From: Paragordius varius | Lineage: Eukaryota; Animalia; Nematomorpha | Direction: 5' to 3' | NCBI GenBank assembly: GCA_964247055.1 | Contig: OZ176057.1 | Span: 3,658,001 to 3,722,000 of the forward strand | Length of the DNA: 64,000 nt | Shown here: positions 1-12,081 of the stretch, one piece after another | How positions within the stretch are numbered: position 1 is the first letter of the stretch | How the letters are laid out: each line of letters starts with the position of its first letter | Notes under the pieces: model-generated | The model's database searches: none | What the model was told of the DNA's origin: nothing | Seen by the model: the letters and a program-made list of their open reading frames with translations, nothing else | Translations under genes and position numbers: made by a program

Positions 1-1235
1 TTCTGTGCAAAATATGTGGTACATTGGCTAAAAAACATTTCAATTTTTTACTTTTTAGATTTTATATATCTTTAATATTGGGTGTACTTGTTAAGATTCA
101 AATTTTCATTGAGTTTTCATTAAAAGTCATGTATGTAAAATGTCCCCTAAATTAGCTAAAAAGGTAAGGTTTGTCATAAATTTTATGCCTGCATATCTAT
201 ATCCTACATTTAAATAGATTATTTTAAAAATTGATATTTATCACTGGTATTAGTTGAGAATGTTTATTTTAAAAAAACATTTTTACTTGTCATAAGACTT
301 TTTTACGTATTTTTAAATAAGTACACATTGTTGAGGTAAAGGCATTTATTTACTCTAGGATTTTTGCGCTACTTATAAATTTAAATTAACGCTAAAACTT
401 TTTACACGTTTAAATTATACATTTTCTAAAATCCAGGTTTGATTTTGGCTTTTTTTCCCGTTTAACATATTTATACATGCCAAGATTTACATAAATTAGC
501 TGCTTTTACTGTATAGGTTATTGTCGTAAAAAAATATGAATTATTATTTGGTAGTTTTTTGCGTTTGAAAATGGGGGGAGGGTTACATGTTCATTGAATT
601 GAGATTTGACCAAAATCGAACAAAAAAACTTCTTTTATCTTATTTAAATCGATGATTTTTTTCATTATTGATCTTATGGAAAATTTTTGAAACCAAATTT
701 TTATTAAGTATTATATTGGGTATTTTTGTGTTAAATCATTATTCTTTACGATCAAACATTTTGCCTATTTTTTTAAAACGAAAAGTGTTATATATATTTT
801 TTTAAAAAAACGGCCTATTTTCTTTAAAACCTTATATATATCCTATTTAAGTTTGTCTTTAATGTTTAATTACTTACACTTCGAATTCACCTTTAGACTT
901 CGAATTCGTCGTTGAACAATTCATGTTCACCCTAAATTAAATAAAGATTAAAAATTACCTATATCTTTTTACATATTTAAAATATAAAATTTTGTTAAAA
1001 ATTAAAATAATAATTAAAAAATTAATAAGCCATAGAGATATATATATCACATTAATAATGAGTTCTATTAGCCCGAAAACACAATAATTTATTTTTGGGG
1101 TGAATTTGAAGAATTGTAAATGGTATATTTATATATCATCACAAACTGTTTAAAAAGTAATCGATTTTCCTACTTATCTAATAATGGACAATAAAAACTA
1201 ATCTTTGTTTTAATTAAACTTACAAAACCCTCTAG

Positions 1236-1466
1236 AAATTGGAGAATAGCATAAATCCTTTGTTGGGAAAACTGCAAAAAGCTGAAAATGAACAACAAAA
1301 TAAAAAACGTAGTACCTCTTCGTCAACCAACAGCAATAGCAATAATGGCAATAAAAATTCAAATGTTAATGGTGAACCTACTAATTCAACCGTTACGAAG
1401 GAAACGTCGAAACCTGGGAATAATATGCCAAATACGTCTGGAGATGGGTATTTATTTTTTTATTAG
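1236..1466 (+). CDS. Probable internal or terminal exon of an unidentified gene extending left of the window (N/S/T-rich low-complexity peptide)
   Basis: Acceptor ctctag at 1230-1235, then open frame KLENSINPLLGKLQKAENEQQNKKRSTSSSSTNSNSNNGN...GDG, GC-richer than flanks. Ends at a possible donor (gt 1448) or at TAG 1464-1466. No recognisable domain. Confidence 0.5.
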   Translation, partial: KLENSINPLLGKLQKAENEQQNKKRSTSSSTNSNSNNGNKNSNVNGEPTNSTVTKETSKPGNNMPNTSGDGYLFFY

Positions 1467-1502
1467 GTCCCTTAATATAATTTCACAGTAAAAATTGAAA
1501 TA

Positions 1503-1692
1503 CAGTATGCATTTTAATGGTTGATTGGTTGCTTATTATACACTATAGTAGACACAGGAATGTATATGGAAAAAAAGAAGGGAATAATTGTTTATTCGAC
1601 ATTTTGTTGTTTTTTTTCCATACACTACTGTATTGTTGCAAATTGTCCGCCCTACTATAGTGTGAAATAATCAACCATTAAAATGCATACTG
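1503..1692. mobile_element. MITE family D (~190 bp, almost entirely inverted repeat, TA-flanked, Tc1/mariner-like ends)
   Basis: ta|CAGTATGCATTTTAATGGTTGATT ... AATCAACCATTAAAATGCATACTG|ta. Other copies at 21193-21385, 42717-42906, 51559-51761; partial copies ~38290-38440 and ~52570-52712. Confidence 0.85.
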
Positions 1693-2444
1693 TATTTCGA
1701 ATGGGCAAAAACACGTGAAATTTACTAAAGGAGTCAATCATATTCTTTAAATATCCTGGGTTTTTTAAAGTTTCAACTCATTGTTTAAAACTGCAAAGTA
1801 TAAAATGGAAATGTAAATTAGTGAAACATGGATATTTTACGATTGTAAATTAATGATTATCCTAGGATAAAAGTTTAAAAGGTTAGGGGTTGTTTTTGAA
1901 AACGTTATTTTTATATTTTTTACTGAGTTGGTGTTGATTTTTAACGAAAAAAGGATGGGTGGTATATATTTTCTAAAAAATTCTTGGAACTCACTTTTAT
2001 TTCTATCAAATTTAATGGAATTTTTTTACAAATATAAAATAACCACTATACTTTTTCAATTTAACCCTATGTATGGATATATTTACTTTATTCTAGAAAC
2101 CAAGCCAAAAAGCACAATGCTAATAATTCATCAAAATCAAATAATCCCAATATGGATATCGATTAATTTTTGCGGGCAGGAAAATATCATATATTACATT
2201 CTTTCAAATAAAACTGAAACTTACTTAGTCAATTTAATGTACATTCGCCTTAAATATCATTATTTTTTGTTTTTGATTTAATTATATTTATCTAATAATA
2301 TCAATTATATATATCTATGTATGGTCCTTTAAAATTTTATCAATCAAATCATTCTTTACCCCTTTTGCGCTCTGTAATTTTGGTTTTGTTTTGCATTTTA
2401 AATCTATAAAATACTCTATCTTTCCCTCTATTTTAGTTTTAATA

Positions 2445-2709
2445 CGGTAAAACTGAAATTATACGGACAAAAGGTAAAAATATAAAGACAAATTTTTTTT
2501 CTAAAGACAACCATATTTTATTAACCTTAATTTTTTTCATATAAATTATATAATTACAATTGTAAAATATATAATTGATTGTGTTACCAAACATATCAAT
2601 TAATACTTTTCTGTTATATTTTTAAAATTTAAGTTTAAAAAATGGTTTTTTTTAGAAAAACATAGTTTTATATTTTTAGGTTTTGTCCGTATAATTTCAA
2701 TTTTTTCTG
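2445..2709. mobile_element. MITE family B copy
   Basis: Family B TIR (C[A/G]GTAAAACTGAAATTATACGGACAAAA...) at both ends, TA flanks. Confidence 0.75.
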
Positions 2710-2988
2710 TACTTTTTTTAAGGTTATTTAGAATCTTAGAAAATTAAATATTATTCCCATATTCATAAATTTTTATTGGACACTAAATATTGATGAATCC
2801 ATAACACCTTACAATAATAATGATTAATAAATGTGAACTGTACTGTACAACAAGCTATTTGTAAGCAATATTTCCCATTATTTATTAAATCAAAGCAAAT
2901 AATATAATTGAAAATTTCTGAATTCCACATATAACTAACTAAGAAACATATAAAAATAAGCGTTAAAAAATTTATCAACATCCCATAT

Positions 2989-5900
2989 TTAAGACTTTGC
3001 GGATTTAGGAATGGTGAAATTTCCTTGGCTTCCATATATGCCAAGATATTGTCTCAACAAATTATAAAAATCTAGATATATATGTATAATATAATAATTA
3101 TTTTTATTTAAAAAATGACTTTGTATGGACAAAACGTAAAAACATTAATGCTAATATTGTGTTTTTTTTAAAGCAAAATTAAATTATAAATAATAGCTCG
3201 GGGTAGTCAACTTTTTTTATTAAAATGTTCCTAAACCGGCTTTTATTATCATGTATACTTTAAGTTTTTTAAAATGCTTATTTTTATTTAAAAATATATA
3301 TATTACTTGTAGGGTAGAAAAACCATTTGAAACCTATACAGAATGTACGTTACTTAAATATTAATTTATAAAAAGATTAATTGTTATAAAAGAATTCATT
3401 ATTTTGACAATATACGGTAAAAATTTGAGTTTGTTATACCATATGTTTTGTTTCCATAGTTATCTATTGTGGATAAAATAAAAATGAAATATATTTATGT
3501 TTGAAGAGTTTGTACGAAATATTTATAAATTTAAACCTATTTGAGCGTTCAGTACGATTTGCGTAACTCTGGCTATAAAATTTTATTTAGAAAATAATTT
3601 CACACTGAAATACAGTAAAAATTGAAATTATACGGACAAAACGTAAAAATAAAAAGACAAATATTTTTTTTTAATAGACAACCATACTTTTTTAAACCTT
3701 AATTTTTCTCATATAAATTATATAACTACAATTGTAAAATATAGAATTGATTGCCGATATATATATCAATTTCATTAGTTAAACCATCAGTTATAAATAA
3801 AAAATCAAGATTTAAAAATTATGGTTGTCTTTTAGAAAAAAATATTTGTCTTTATATTTTTACGTTTTGTCCGTATAATTTCAGTTTTTACTGTAATTAT
3901 AAATAAAATTAAGCAAACAGTAGTATTATTGGTTAAATGGGTATTTAAATTGGTAGGTAAAATCATAATTTTACAGTACACAATATGTAAAAATTGGTCG
4001 TATATATACCATTTACAATTCAAATTCACCCTTAACAATAAATTATGTGTTTTTGTACAACTCATTAATATGAAATATATTTTTACGACATAGTTTAAAG
4101 TTTTTTCAGATATATTTTAATTTTAAACAGAATTAATTTATATTTTGAAAATATTATAAAATAAAGGTAAATTTTAATCGTAAAAAATACATAATTCATT
4201 TTAGGATGAATTTAAATTGTTCAAGCGGACATTTATATTGTTCAAGTGTAAATTTGTTAATGGTATATAATTTTTTTTTAATTAATTAATCTTTAAAACC
4301 AATATTAACTCTTCTTTATGCGAATTTCAAAGTAATTTTACTGTTTATAGTAGGTGGTATAGTTATATTTCCACTTCCGCTCTCTATAAACTTAAAAATA
4401 AAATTAAAAAATAAAAAAATAATTTATTGAATCGTTACCATCGTGTTCAAGAGCACGTGACCCAGAAAATATACCAGGGTCTAATATGGGATTTGAAATT
4501 GTATGCCGGTCGTTTTCTTAATAAATATATATAGTAATAATTTGAATTATAACAAACAAAACATAAAAATATAATAAGGACAAATATTTTTATAAAAGAC
4601 AACCAACCATTCTTTTTTAAATCTAAATTATTACCGTATAAATTATTTGTTAACAATTATAAAATATATAATTGATTGTGTTACCAATATACATCTCTTA
4701 TTCGAATTTTAAACAATTATATATATTATAAAAATTCTAGATGAAAAAAGTATCTTTTGTAAAAAAATATTTGCCCTTATATTTTTACGTTTTGTCCGCA
4801 TAATTTTAATTTTTACTTTATATAATGATTGCAAATAATTTAAACGAACTTTATTATCTAAATCATACCATTTGTATTTTGAAGCAATGGTTTTTCCACA
4901 TGGCCAGATCCTAGGCTAGCATCCGCTATAAATAATAAATTTTATAAAAAAAATATTTTATTACAGTAAAAACTGAAATTATGCAGACAAAACGTGAAAA
5001 TATAAAGACAAATATTTTTTTTAAATACAACAATAATTTTTAAATCTTGATTTATTTCAATATAAGTCATTGTTTTAAATGGTAGAGTGAAAAAGAGATA
5101 TAAATTACCAACAAAATCAATTCTATATTTTACAATTGTAACAAGTAGCTTGTATGGAAAACATTAAGGTTTATAAAAGTATGGTTATCTTTTAGATAAT
5201 ATTACGTTTTGTCCGTATAAAATCAAGTTTTATTGTACTTGTACTATGATGATCATTATTGATAGAATTGTTAGAATTATTATTAGTTTTTTTCATGTTG
5301 AATATCAATTTTGATTCATTTAGCGTTAGAGATGAGTTATTGCATAATAATCTACCAGTTTCTGGTAAACTTGATATATCTAGAAAAACAAAGATATTGT
5401 AATCATGAAAAATGCAGTCAAAAATAAAAGCATGAATCCAAGTTACAAATCAAATAAAGATATGACTTTAATTTATTTGTTATGATAAGTACAGTAAAAG
5501 TTGAAATTATACGGACAAAACGTAGAATATAAAGATTTTTTTCTAAAAGACGACCATACTTATCTTAATTTTTTGAAATATAAACCATTTTTTATAATTG
5601 GTATGAATTAGAGATGTACAGTAAAAGTTGAAATACGGACAAAACGTAAAAATATAAAGATTTTTTTCCAAAAGACATCCATACTTTTTAAACTTTAATA
5701 TTTCTCATAAATTATAAAACTACAATAAATATATAATTGATTGTTTTACCGATATACATATCAATTTCATACAGTTTAAAACCATTAGTTATATTTAAAA
5801 AAATCAAGATTCAAATATGGTTGTCGTTATATTTTTACGTTTTGTCCGTATAATTTCAGTTCTTGCTGTATATGGTAATGCAATTATACATATATATTAC

Positions 5901-8900
5901 AATTGTAATCAAATAGTTTTACGTTTTGTCCGTATAAATAAAATTTTTATTGTAAAATACAGAATTAAACCTCTAACGTTATAAAAAACTTATTTAAAAT
6001 ATAATTAAAATAAAATTAATCGCAAAGTAAAATAATTAACATAATTAAATTTATCTCGCCGATATTTATTTGCTAGTATTTGATTTATTCGGAATTTAGA
6101 AATTCCGTTAGCAATATATATAAAGTTAGTATTGTATCAAAAAACCGAAAGTCTTCTAAAAACCCGATTTTTTACCACATGGATAGAAAAAATTATATAA
6201 TTTCCATAAATAAATGTTAAACATTTGTCTTGAACGTCAAATTTTTTATATAATTTAATCAATTTATGCATTTATAAATCACAAAAATTATGTATATATA
6301 TCATCCTCCATAATATAGTATATTTATCAGTGTACCTCTTTTTTTCCTGTGTGAAAATGTTTGAAGGAGTTTTTGAGGATCAGATGCGTTAGTGGGTACA
6401 ATTTTGAGGATATTATGTCTCCTGGCATTGATAACATTGTTTAATGTTTTGTCATGCGTTTGATTTACACCAAAATTATGCACTATTTTATTAATATTAT
6501 AAAATTATATCGGTGTTATGTAGATTAAAAAGGACAATATTACATACAATAAGGGCCGATACCTGATATATTTGTACTGAATTAAAATTATTAATATAAG
6601 GCTATCGCTAAACTTAGTATTTAAAAGGATTACACATCTACTAATAAAAATTGAGATAGCTTTCCTAATGGGTATCTTAACATTAACTTCTTTGAACTTT
6701 TTTAAAAAGAGTTCATTTGTGGGTGTTTATATCAAGTGTATTTAAGATCATACATATCCCATTTTATTCATCTGACATTAAACAACAAACACACTCAAGT
6801 TGGGTTTTTCAAAAACTATGGCATCTTATTTTTAATATTCGATTTTTTGCCTAGAAAGGAAAATTTGCGACTCGCATTTTATAGAAATAAACGGCTGTTG
6901 AAATGTATCGTTTGCTGGAGAAACATATGGTAAAATGTTCTATCGATTTAAACATGTGAAACATATTTCGATAATTACAACGTTGGAATTTCAATGTGAA
7001 AGCGCTTTGGTATACCATACAAATAAGAAAAAATATTGAATGATGACCCAACTCAAATTTAACAACAATTGGCAGAACAATTACATATATCACAAAAAAT
7101 AAACAAATGTCTAACGAGAAATGGAAGAAACTCGATAAATGGGTCCCACACAAAGTGACTTGACGAATCCTGCTTCAACGTTTAAAGCGAAATCATCCAT
7201 CAAACCATGAGTATGGGTAATGAATTCATTTTATGGATCCAAAATGGGAAAATCATGACTTTCGTTTGGAAAAATCCTGCCGACTCTAATAAGGCCACTC
7301 TTCCGCAAAAAAAACAAGCTGTTTGTCTTGGGCGGCGGTATCCCGTGCACGCTAATAATTCTTAACATAAACCATGCATCGTTCAAAAAACAACCGGAAT
7401 GAGCCAGAAAACATGACAATGCTTTGTCTCTAAAGCAAAACCAGTGTGAAAGAAGCCTTTAAATTGCTTTAATGGTAAATTTTCTGCATTCACTGAATTT
7501 TGACCTGGCCCCATTAGACTAATAGAACTTCGCATCAATGAGGCACATCCTTCAGAACAACACCTCAATAATTTCGAAAACGTTGGAAAATTCGACGAAT
7601 GGTTTGTCGAAAAAGTCAATCGGTTTTTCTGGCACGACATTCATTTATTACCTGGATGAGCGAAAGGTGTCGAGTCATTGTATAATATTTTAAATAATAT
7701 TAATAGATAATATGCTGCAATACATGAGCTTTTTGCCAAAAAATGGTAGAAGCTTATGTATACATCTGGTATATATAATAAAAAAACAGCGTTTAACAAT
7801 TACAAACTAACTTTTATTTATCTACGAAATTCAATCAAAGCAACCCGCTTATATTCTTTTAAAAACAACATAATCAAAAATTTCCGCTAAAAAATAATTA
7901 CTGCTAAGATATTACTTCAGATTCAGAAAAGGAAAAATTTGGGATGAGCGTTTTACAGCTTTGTATTTGGAATTATATTTGAATAATGCGTATTAAGAAG
8001 TGCAAAAAATGCATATTTTTATATTTAATAAAATATTTTAGATACATATGCTTTTCAAATTCTTTTAGCACTTGGATACAACGCATTTATTTTAGCCCTT
8101 CGATTCGAATTAGGGTAGTTAAATACCCCAGGCCTGTTTAAAATTAAATTCTTTAAAAAAATATGGGAGGAATTGAAACCATGGCAAAATTTTGCACTTA
8201 TATAACATTAATAAACCGAAATATATAAAAAAAATTATTTAAAAATACTTAATATTACTTATTCTAAGCTAAAACCGAAAGGTAACGTGACATGTGTTCA
8301 ATGGTAAAATAAAAAACTATGCAAAATAAACCGCTTATTCTATTTCTATCAATGTTAGATAAATTTAAATAAAAAATTAGCTTTAATTTTACGCTTAAAA
8401 TTAAAGGAAGACGATATTTTGCAAAAGTTTTATAAAATAAAAATGGCGTCGAAGTAATTTGACATGGAACATTTTTTTCAAAACAAAATTTTATTTAGAT
8501 ATTTTGCCATATTTATATAATTTTTATTAGGATAGAAGTATATATATAAATTGGACCGTTTCCTTAAGGAGTTTTTTAAAAATCCTCACTCAAATTTAGT
8601 CTGGGGTATTTAGATACCCCAATTTAAATCGAAGTGTTGAGAAAAATACACATATGTTTTTTTAGTTTCATATCTCATTAAATATTTTTACTTTATAATT
8701 TAAATTTTAGTTTATATTTTAATTTATTTTTACGTTTGACAAAGATTACTTGTAGTAATCGAAAATTCATAAGAATTTAAATAATTTTAGCTGAATTATA
8801 ATTGCATATATAATAATACAATCACACTTCAGCGTAAACAATATCCAATAATGTCAAATTATTATTGTACAAAATTACTAAATTGGCATTAAAATAATTT

Positions 8901-9361
8901 AATTATATATGACAATTTATCAAAAGAGTGGAAAAACATATTTGGCGGCAAAAAAATGGATAGAACTTTTTGAAGTCCTATTTTATATTAAAGTAAATTA
9001 ATTTTATATATTATACGTGGTTTTGGATTGCTGAATATCAAACTCTCTTCTGGTTGAATTTTATAATAGTTTTGTTGTTCATATTCTAAATTGAATATAA
9101 ACAAGTTGTATTATTTTCATAATTTAATAGCTTTTAAATTTTCATACATTTTGGGGTACTTAAATAAGAGTTAAAAATCCATGGATACTCAAAATAAAGA
9201 GCTTTTTCAAAAAACGACCAAATATTTTATGATTTGATACCTGATGCGTTGTTTGGAAATATATGTATGATTCTTTCAATGCTGTCGGCAGTTACCACAA
9301 GCAAAAAATCAAGAACCAAAAATATAGGGAGAAAATTGGATATAGGTCTGTTTAGTATCAT
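2989..9361 (-). CDS. Orphan secreted proprotein, 187 aa, with signal peptide and RKKR furin site (5 exons)
   Basis: Exons (-): 9361-9241, 6482-6336, 5379-5245, 4516-4439, 3071-2989; all GT-AG, all phase 1, total 564 nt with a single stop. Protein: MILNRPISNFLPIFLVLDFLLVVTADSIERIIHIFPNNASVHNFGVNQTHDKTLNNVINARRHNILKIVPTNASDPQKLLQTFSHRKKRDISSLPETGRLLCNNSSLTLNESKLIFNMKKTNNNSNNSINNDHHKNDRHTISNPILDPGIFSGSRALEHDDFYNLLRQYLGIYGSQGNFTIPKSAKS. An in-frame alternative donor 6 nt further on (5238) is possible. Confidence 0.8.
3613..3893. mobile_element. MITE family B (~270-290 bp, TA-flanked, CAGT ends, Tc1/mariner-like)
   Basis: ta|CAGTAAAAATTGAAATTATACGGACAAAACGTAAAAAT ... TTTTACGTTTTGTCCGTATAATTTCAGTTTTTACTG|ta. 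Most abundant repeat in the window; further copies at about 4964-5235, 5619-5868, 10596-10795, 20166-20417, 23225-23518, 27624-27904, 37476-37747, 43039-43359, 43373-43670, 54075-54353, 57115-57392, 59149-59439, 59757-60014, 60230-60495. Confidence 0.9.
4009..4263. mobile_element. MITE family C (~250-380 bp, CCATTTAC...GTAAATGG termini, TATA flanks, ~21-nt subterminal repeats)
   Basis: tata|CCATTTACAATTCAAATTCACCCTT ... end here TTGTTAATGG|tata (other copies GGGTGAATTTGAACTGTAAATGG). Other copies at about 12862-13072, 21395-21672, 22496-22760, 29175-29473, 31281-31530, 31779-32292, 34137-34394, 42220-42542, 45000-45258, 48281-48539, 49953-50234. Superfamily not assignable. Confidence 0.85.
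4964..5235. mobile_element. MITE family B copy abutting the exon 3 donor of the secreted-protein gene
   Basis: Family B TIRs at both ends, TA flanks. Confidence 0.75.
5619..5868. mobile_element. MITE family B copy, preceded by a truncated left end at ~5492-5560
   Basis: Family B TIRs, TA flanks. Confidence 0.75.
6850..7700 (+). pseudogene. Decayed mariner (DD34D-type) transposase in intron 1 of the secreted-protein gene
   Basis: Motifs in the expected order, broken by stops and frameshifts: KLDKWVPHKV (WVPHEL motif, 7140), MGNE (TGDE equivalent), RPLFRKKNKLFVLG, HDNA (7412), DLAPLD (YSPDLAP motif, 7502), FDEWFVEKVNRFFWHDIHLLP. TIRs not confidently found; ends approximate. Confidence 0.85.
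8069..8636 (+). mobile_element. piggyBac-like non-autonomous element, family A
   Basis: CACTTGGATACAAC ... AATCGAAGTG with decayed TTAA flanks (ttag / ttga). Confidence 0.8.
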
Positions 9362-9909
9362 TGAGTAATTATAAAAAATATTAACAATTTTTTTAATCCA
9401 TTATAATATATACTTATATACTAAAATTTTAAATGATGACAATACAATTTTTATCAAAGATTACTAAGTAATTTTTATGGATGATAGTTGAAAGCTTGGA
9501 TCTACGATTACAAAGATAATACCTTCTGAATGAATCAACACAATACCTACAGTATGAAAAAGCATATTATTACAATAAAAGTTAGCACTAAATTAACTTT
9601 TTTCTGTTAAAATATATATCTTATACAAAAATGACCCAATTAAATTAAAAATCATACACCTAATATAAATATTTGGCTGAGTGTCGCTTCGCTGTGACTA
9701 TGTAGAAAAATGAAAGCCGAACAAACTAAAAAGGTTTAAACATACCATTTATAAAAAATATTATTTTGCTAATCAAAATATTACAAAAAAGTTGTGATGT
9801 TAAAAAAATTACCATGTGGTATAAAAGACAAAGTAGTGTCAAACAGATGTAATTTATAATTTGAATTTTCATTGTTATGTTACTACTTAAAGTTAAATTC
9901 TATAAAATA

Positions 9910-10503
9910 CTAGCGTAAATCTCGTGCTGCTACGCAGCCCGTGGAAGTCCTTCGGACTTCTGGGCTGAGGGGTTGGGGGTGTTATTTAAGAGACAATAAA
10001 ATGATCCACATATGTGGATTATTTCGAGACATTATTTAATAGCTATGATCTCATAGGAATTTTAAAACGGTGCATACATACTAGTTTATTGTTTATTTGG
10101 GGGAAAAATAGATTTAAAAAATTATTTTTGTGGACTTAGTTTTTTTAAAAAAATGGCAATTTACGGGGTGAGCGGGTAAAAAGAAGGCCTAAATCAAAAA
10201 AGTGAGTCGACTATGTTCAGCGCAATCGAAAATAAGTAAACAAAAATTATATTTGAAATTGAATGGTATAACACGTTCTCTGGAAAATTGTCTCAAAGAC
10301 ACGATTTTTTTGGACTTTTTCAAAAAAAACCCGTTTTTCACACGGGGTGGGCCCGAACTGGGGGCCTATTTCAAAAAAGGGCGAAGTTATTGTCGGGGCA
10401 TTCATTAATGATTATATTTTTTTGATGTTTGGATTTGAATGGGTCTACGTTTTCCTGTACCAGATCACAAAGCCAGCATTTTCCATTTTTATAAATATAT
10501 AGA
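9910..10503 (-). mobile_element. Non-autonomous Helitron (594 bp)
   Basis: On the minus strand it starts a|TCTATATATTTATAAAAATGG (10503) and ends with hairpin CG-G-GCTGC-GTA-GCAGC-A-CG, a 9-nt spacer and CTAG|t (9910). Inserted between A and T with no TSD, the canonical Helitron termini. Confidence 0.85.
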
Positions 10504-12081
10504 TTAACAGTATTTAACATAAATGATCATTTCTAAATATGTATATTAATCTTGATTTTTTCCTGTAAATTGAATAAAAAATTTAAACCATATTACAGTA
10601 AAATTGAAATTATAAGGACAAAACGTAAAAATATAAATAAATATTTTTTATATGTATGATTATGTTACTAATATACATCTCTATTTTATGCTTTGAAATT
10701 TGAAACAATGGGTACAGGAAATGAAAGTATGGTTTTTGAAAGAAATATTTGTCTTTATATTTTTGTTATTTTTCCTTATAATTAAATTTTTACTGTAATT
10801 ACTATTTGGTTTGAACAAACGTAACTTATAATAAAACCAAGAAATGATATTTAATATTATATTTAGTTTAAACCCCTTCAATATCATATTATGATTTAAT
10901 AAATGCTTACCTCACATTATTTTTATGGAACAACCTTGTCAATATTCCAGATAAAAGTATAAAATATAGTTTTTTAAAATATGCCAAGAAATAAAAAATA
11001 TAATAATTGACTAAAAAATGAATAGATTCATATTCAAAATGATAATTTATCAGACCCACAAACAAAATTTACAATGAAACCAATAGACACAACTAAAACA
11101 AATTCCAACTCTATAAAGATATAAAACTCCAAATAACATAAAAAACCTTAACCAAGACTTACTTTATAATTGCAAATACTTTCGAATCGAATTAATGAAC
11201 TAAAATTTTTTAACAAAATATTTTTAAGGCCATTTAATTAACCAACAATCCTTACAAACCCCTGTAACAGGTCTGATTTAAGATAAATTAATATTTTTAT
11301 TGGGATTTGTACGGATTGTTGTTCATATTCCATTACTTTTAAATCCTATTTCGCATGAATTATTTATATTCCCACTCATGTAAAATTCCAAAATAAACAG
11401 TATAAATGTTTTATACACTCATAAACCAGATGAAAAAATCAAAAATTAAAAAACAATATTTTTTGGTTTTATTTAGATTATAAGTTTTTTTACTGAATAA
11501 AATATGAATGTTAAGATATTAATAGTTAGGTAGTAAATAATAAAAAAAAATATTTTTTTTATAGTTTCATTAATTTTTCTTTTAAGTGTGTTAAAAAAAC
11601 GATTTGATAGAAACCATAACTATATAATTTTAGGTTTTTTAATTATTGAAAATATATCCTAAAATGATAATAAACCATAATATCTCAAATTTTATCATTA
11701 TTTTTTGAATTATCTTTAATTATCCTTAATTTACACTTTTCGCCCAAATTCGATTTTCTCTCCATATTAAAACTAGGTCGTAAACAAATAAATTTTTTAC
11801 GGAAAATGAATATGCTGGTCATAAACTATCTCATGAAATTAAAATTATATCGTTAACAATTTTTTTTCACAAAGTGTTTTTTTATTATAAAATTGAAATA
11901 AACACATGTTGCCATGTTTTGCCAAAGAAAACTTGAAATAGCAAGGACAACAATATTTTGGTCAAAAATATCATCCTGTTTTTGCTTGTGGTTGTTAACA
12001 TAAATATTTTTCTCCAAAATTATTTTCAGGGATTGATAAATTTGATTACTTATATTTTTTATATTGCAATAATTTTTAATC

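Noticed and set aside
1448-1466. Possible 19-nt GT-AG intron after the first exon
   Set aside because: Too short to accept without transcript data; reading through to TAG 1466 or splicing to a distant exon explains the sequence equally well.
1928-2281. 117-aa ORF and the many other 60-120-aa I/F/K/N/Y-rich ORFs in the track
   Set aside because: Composition mirrors AT-rich non-coding DNA or MITE bodies; no splice-phase partners or motifs.
10909-10960. Strong minus-strand donor (AG|gtaagc) with a short upstream GC-richer segment
   Set aside because: Could be a 5' UTR exon of the 187-aa gene, but no acceptor or partner could be supported.
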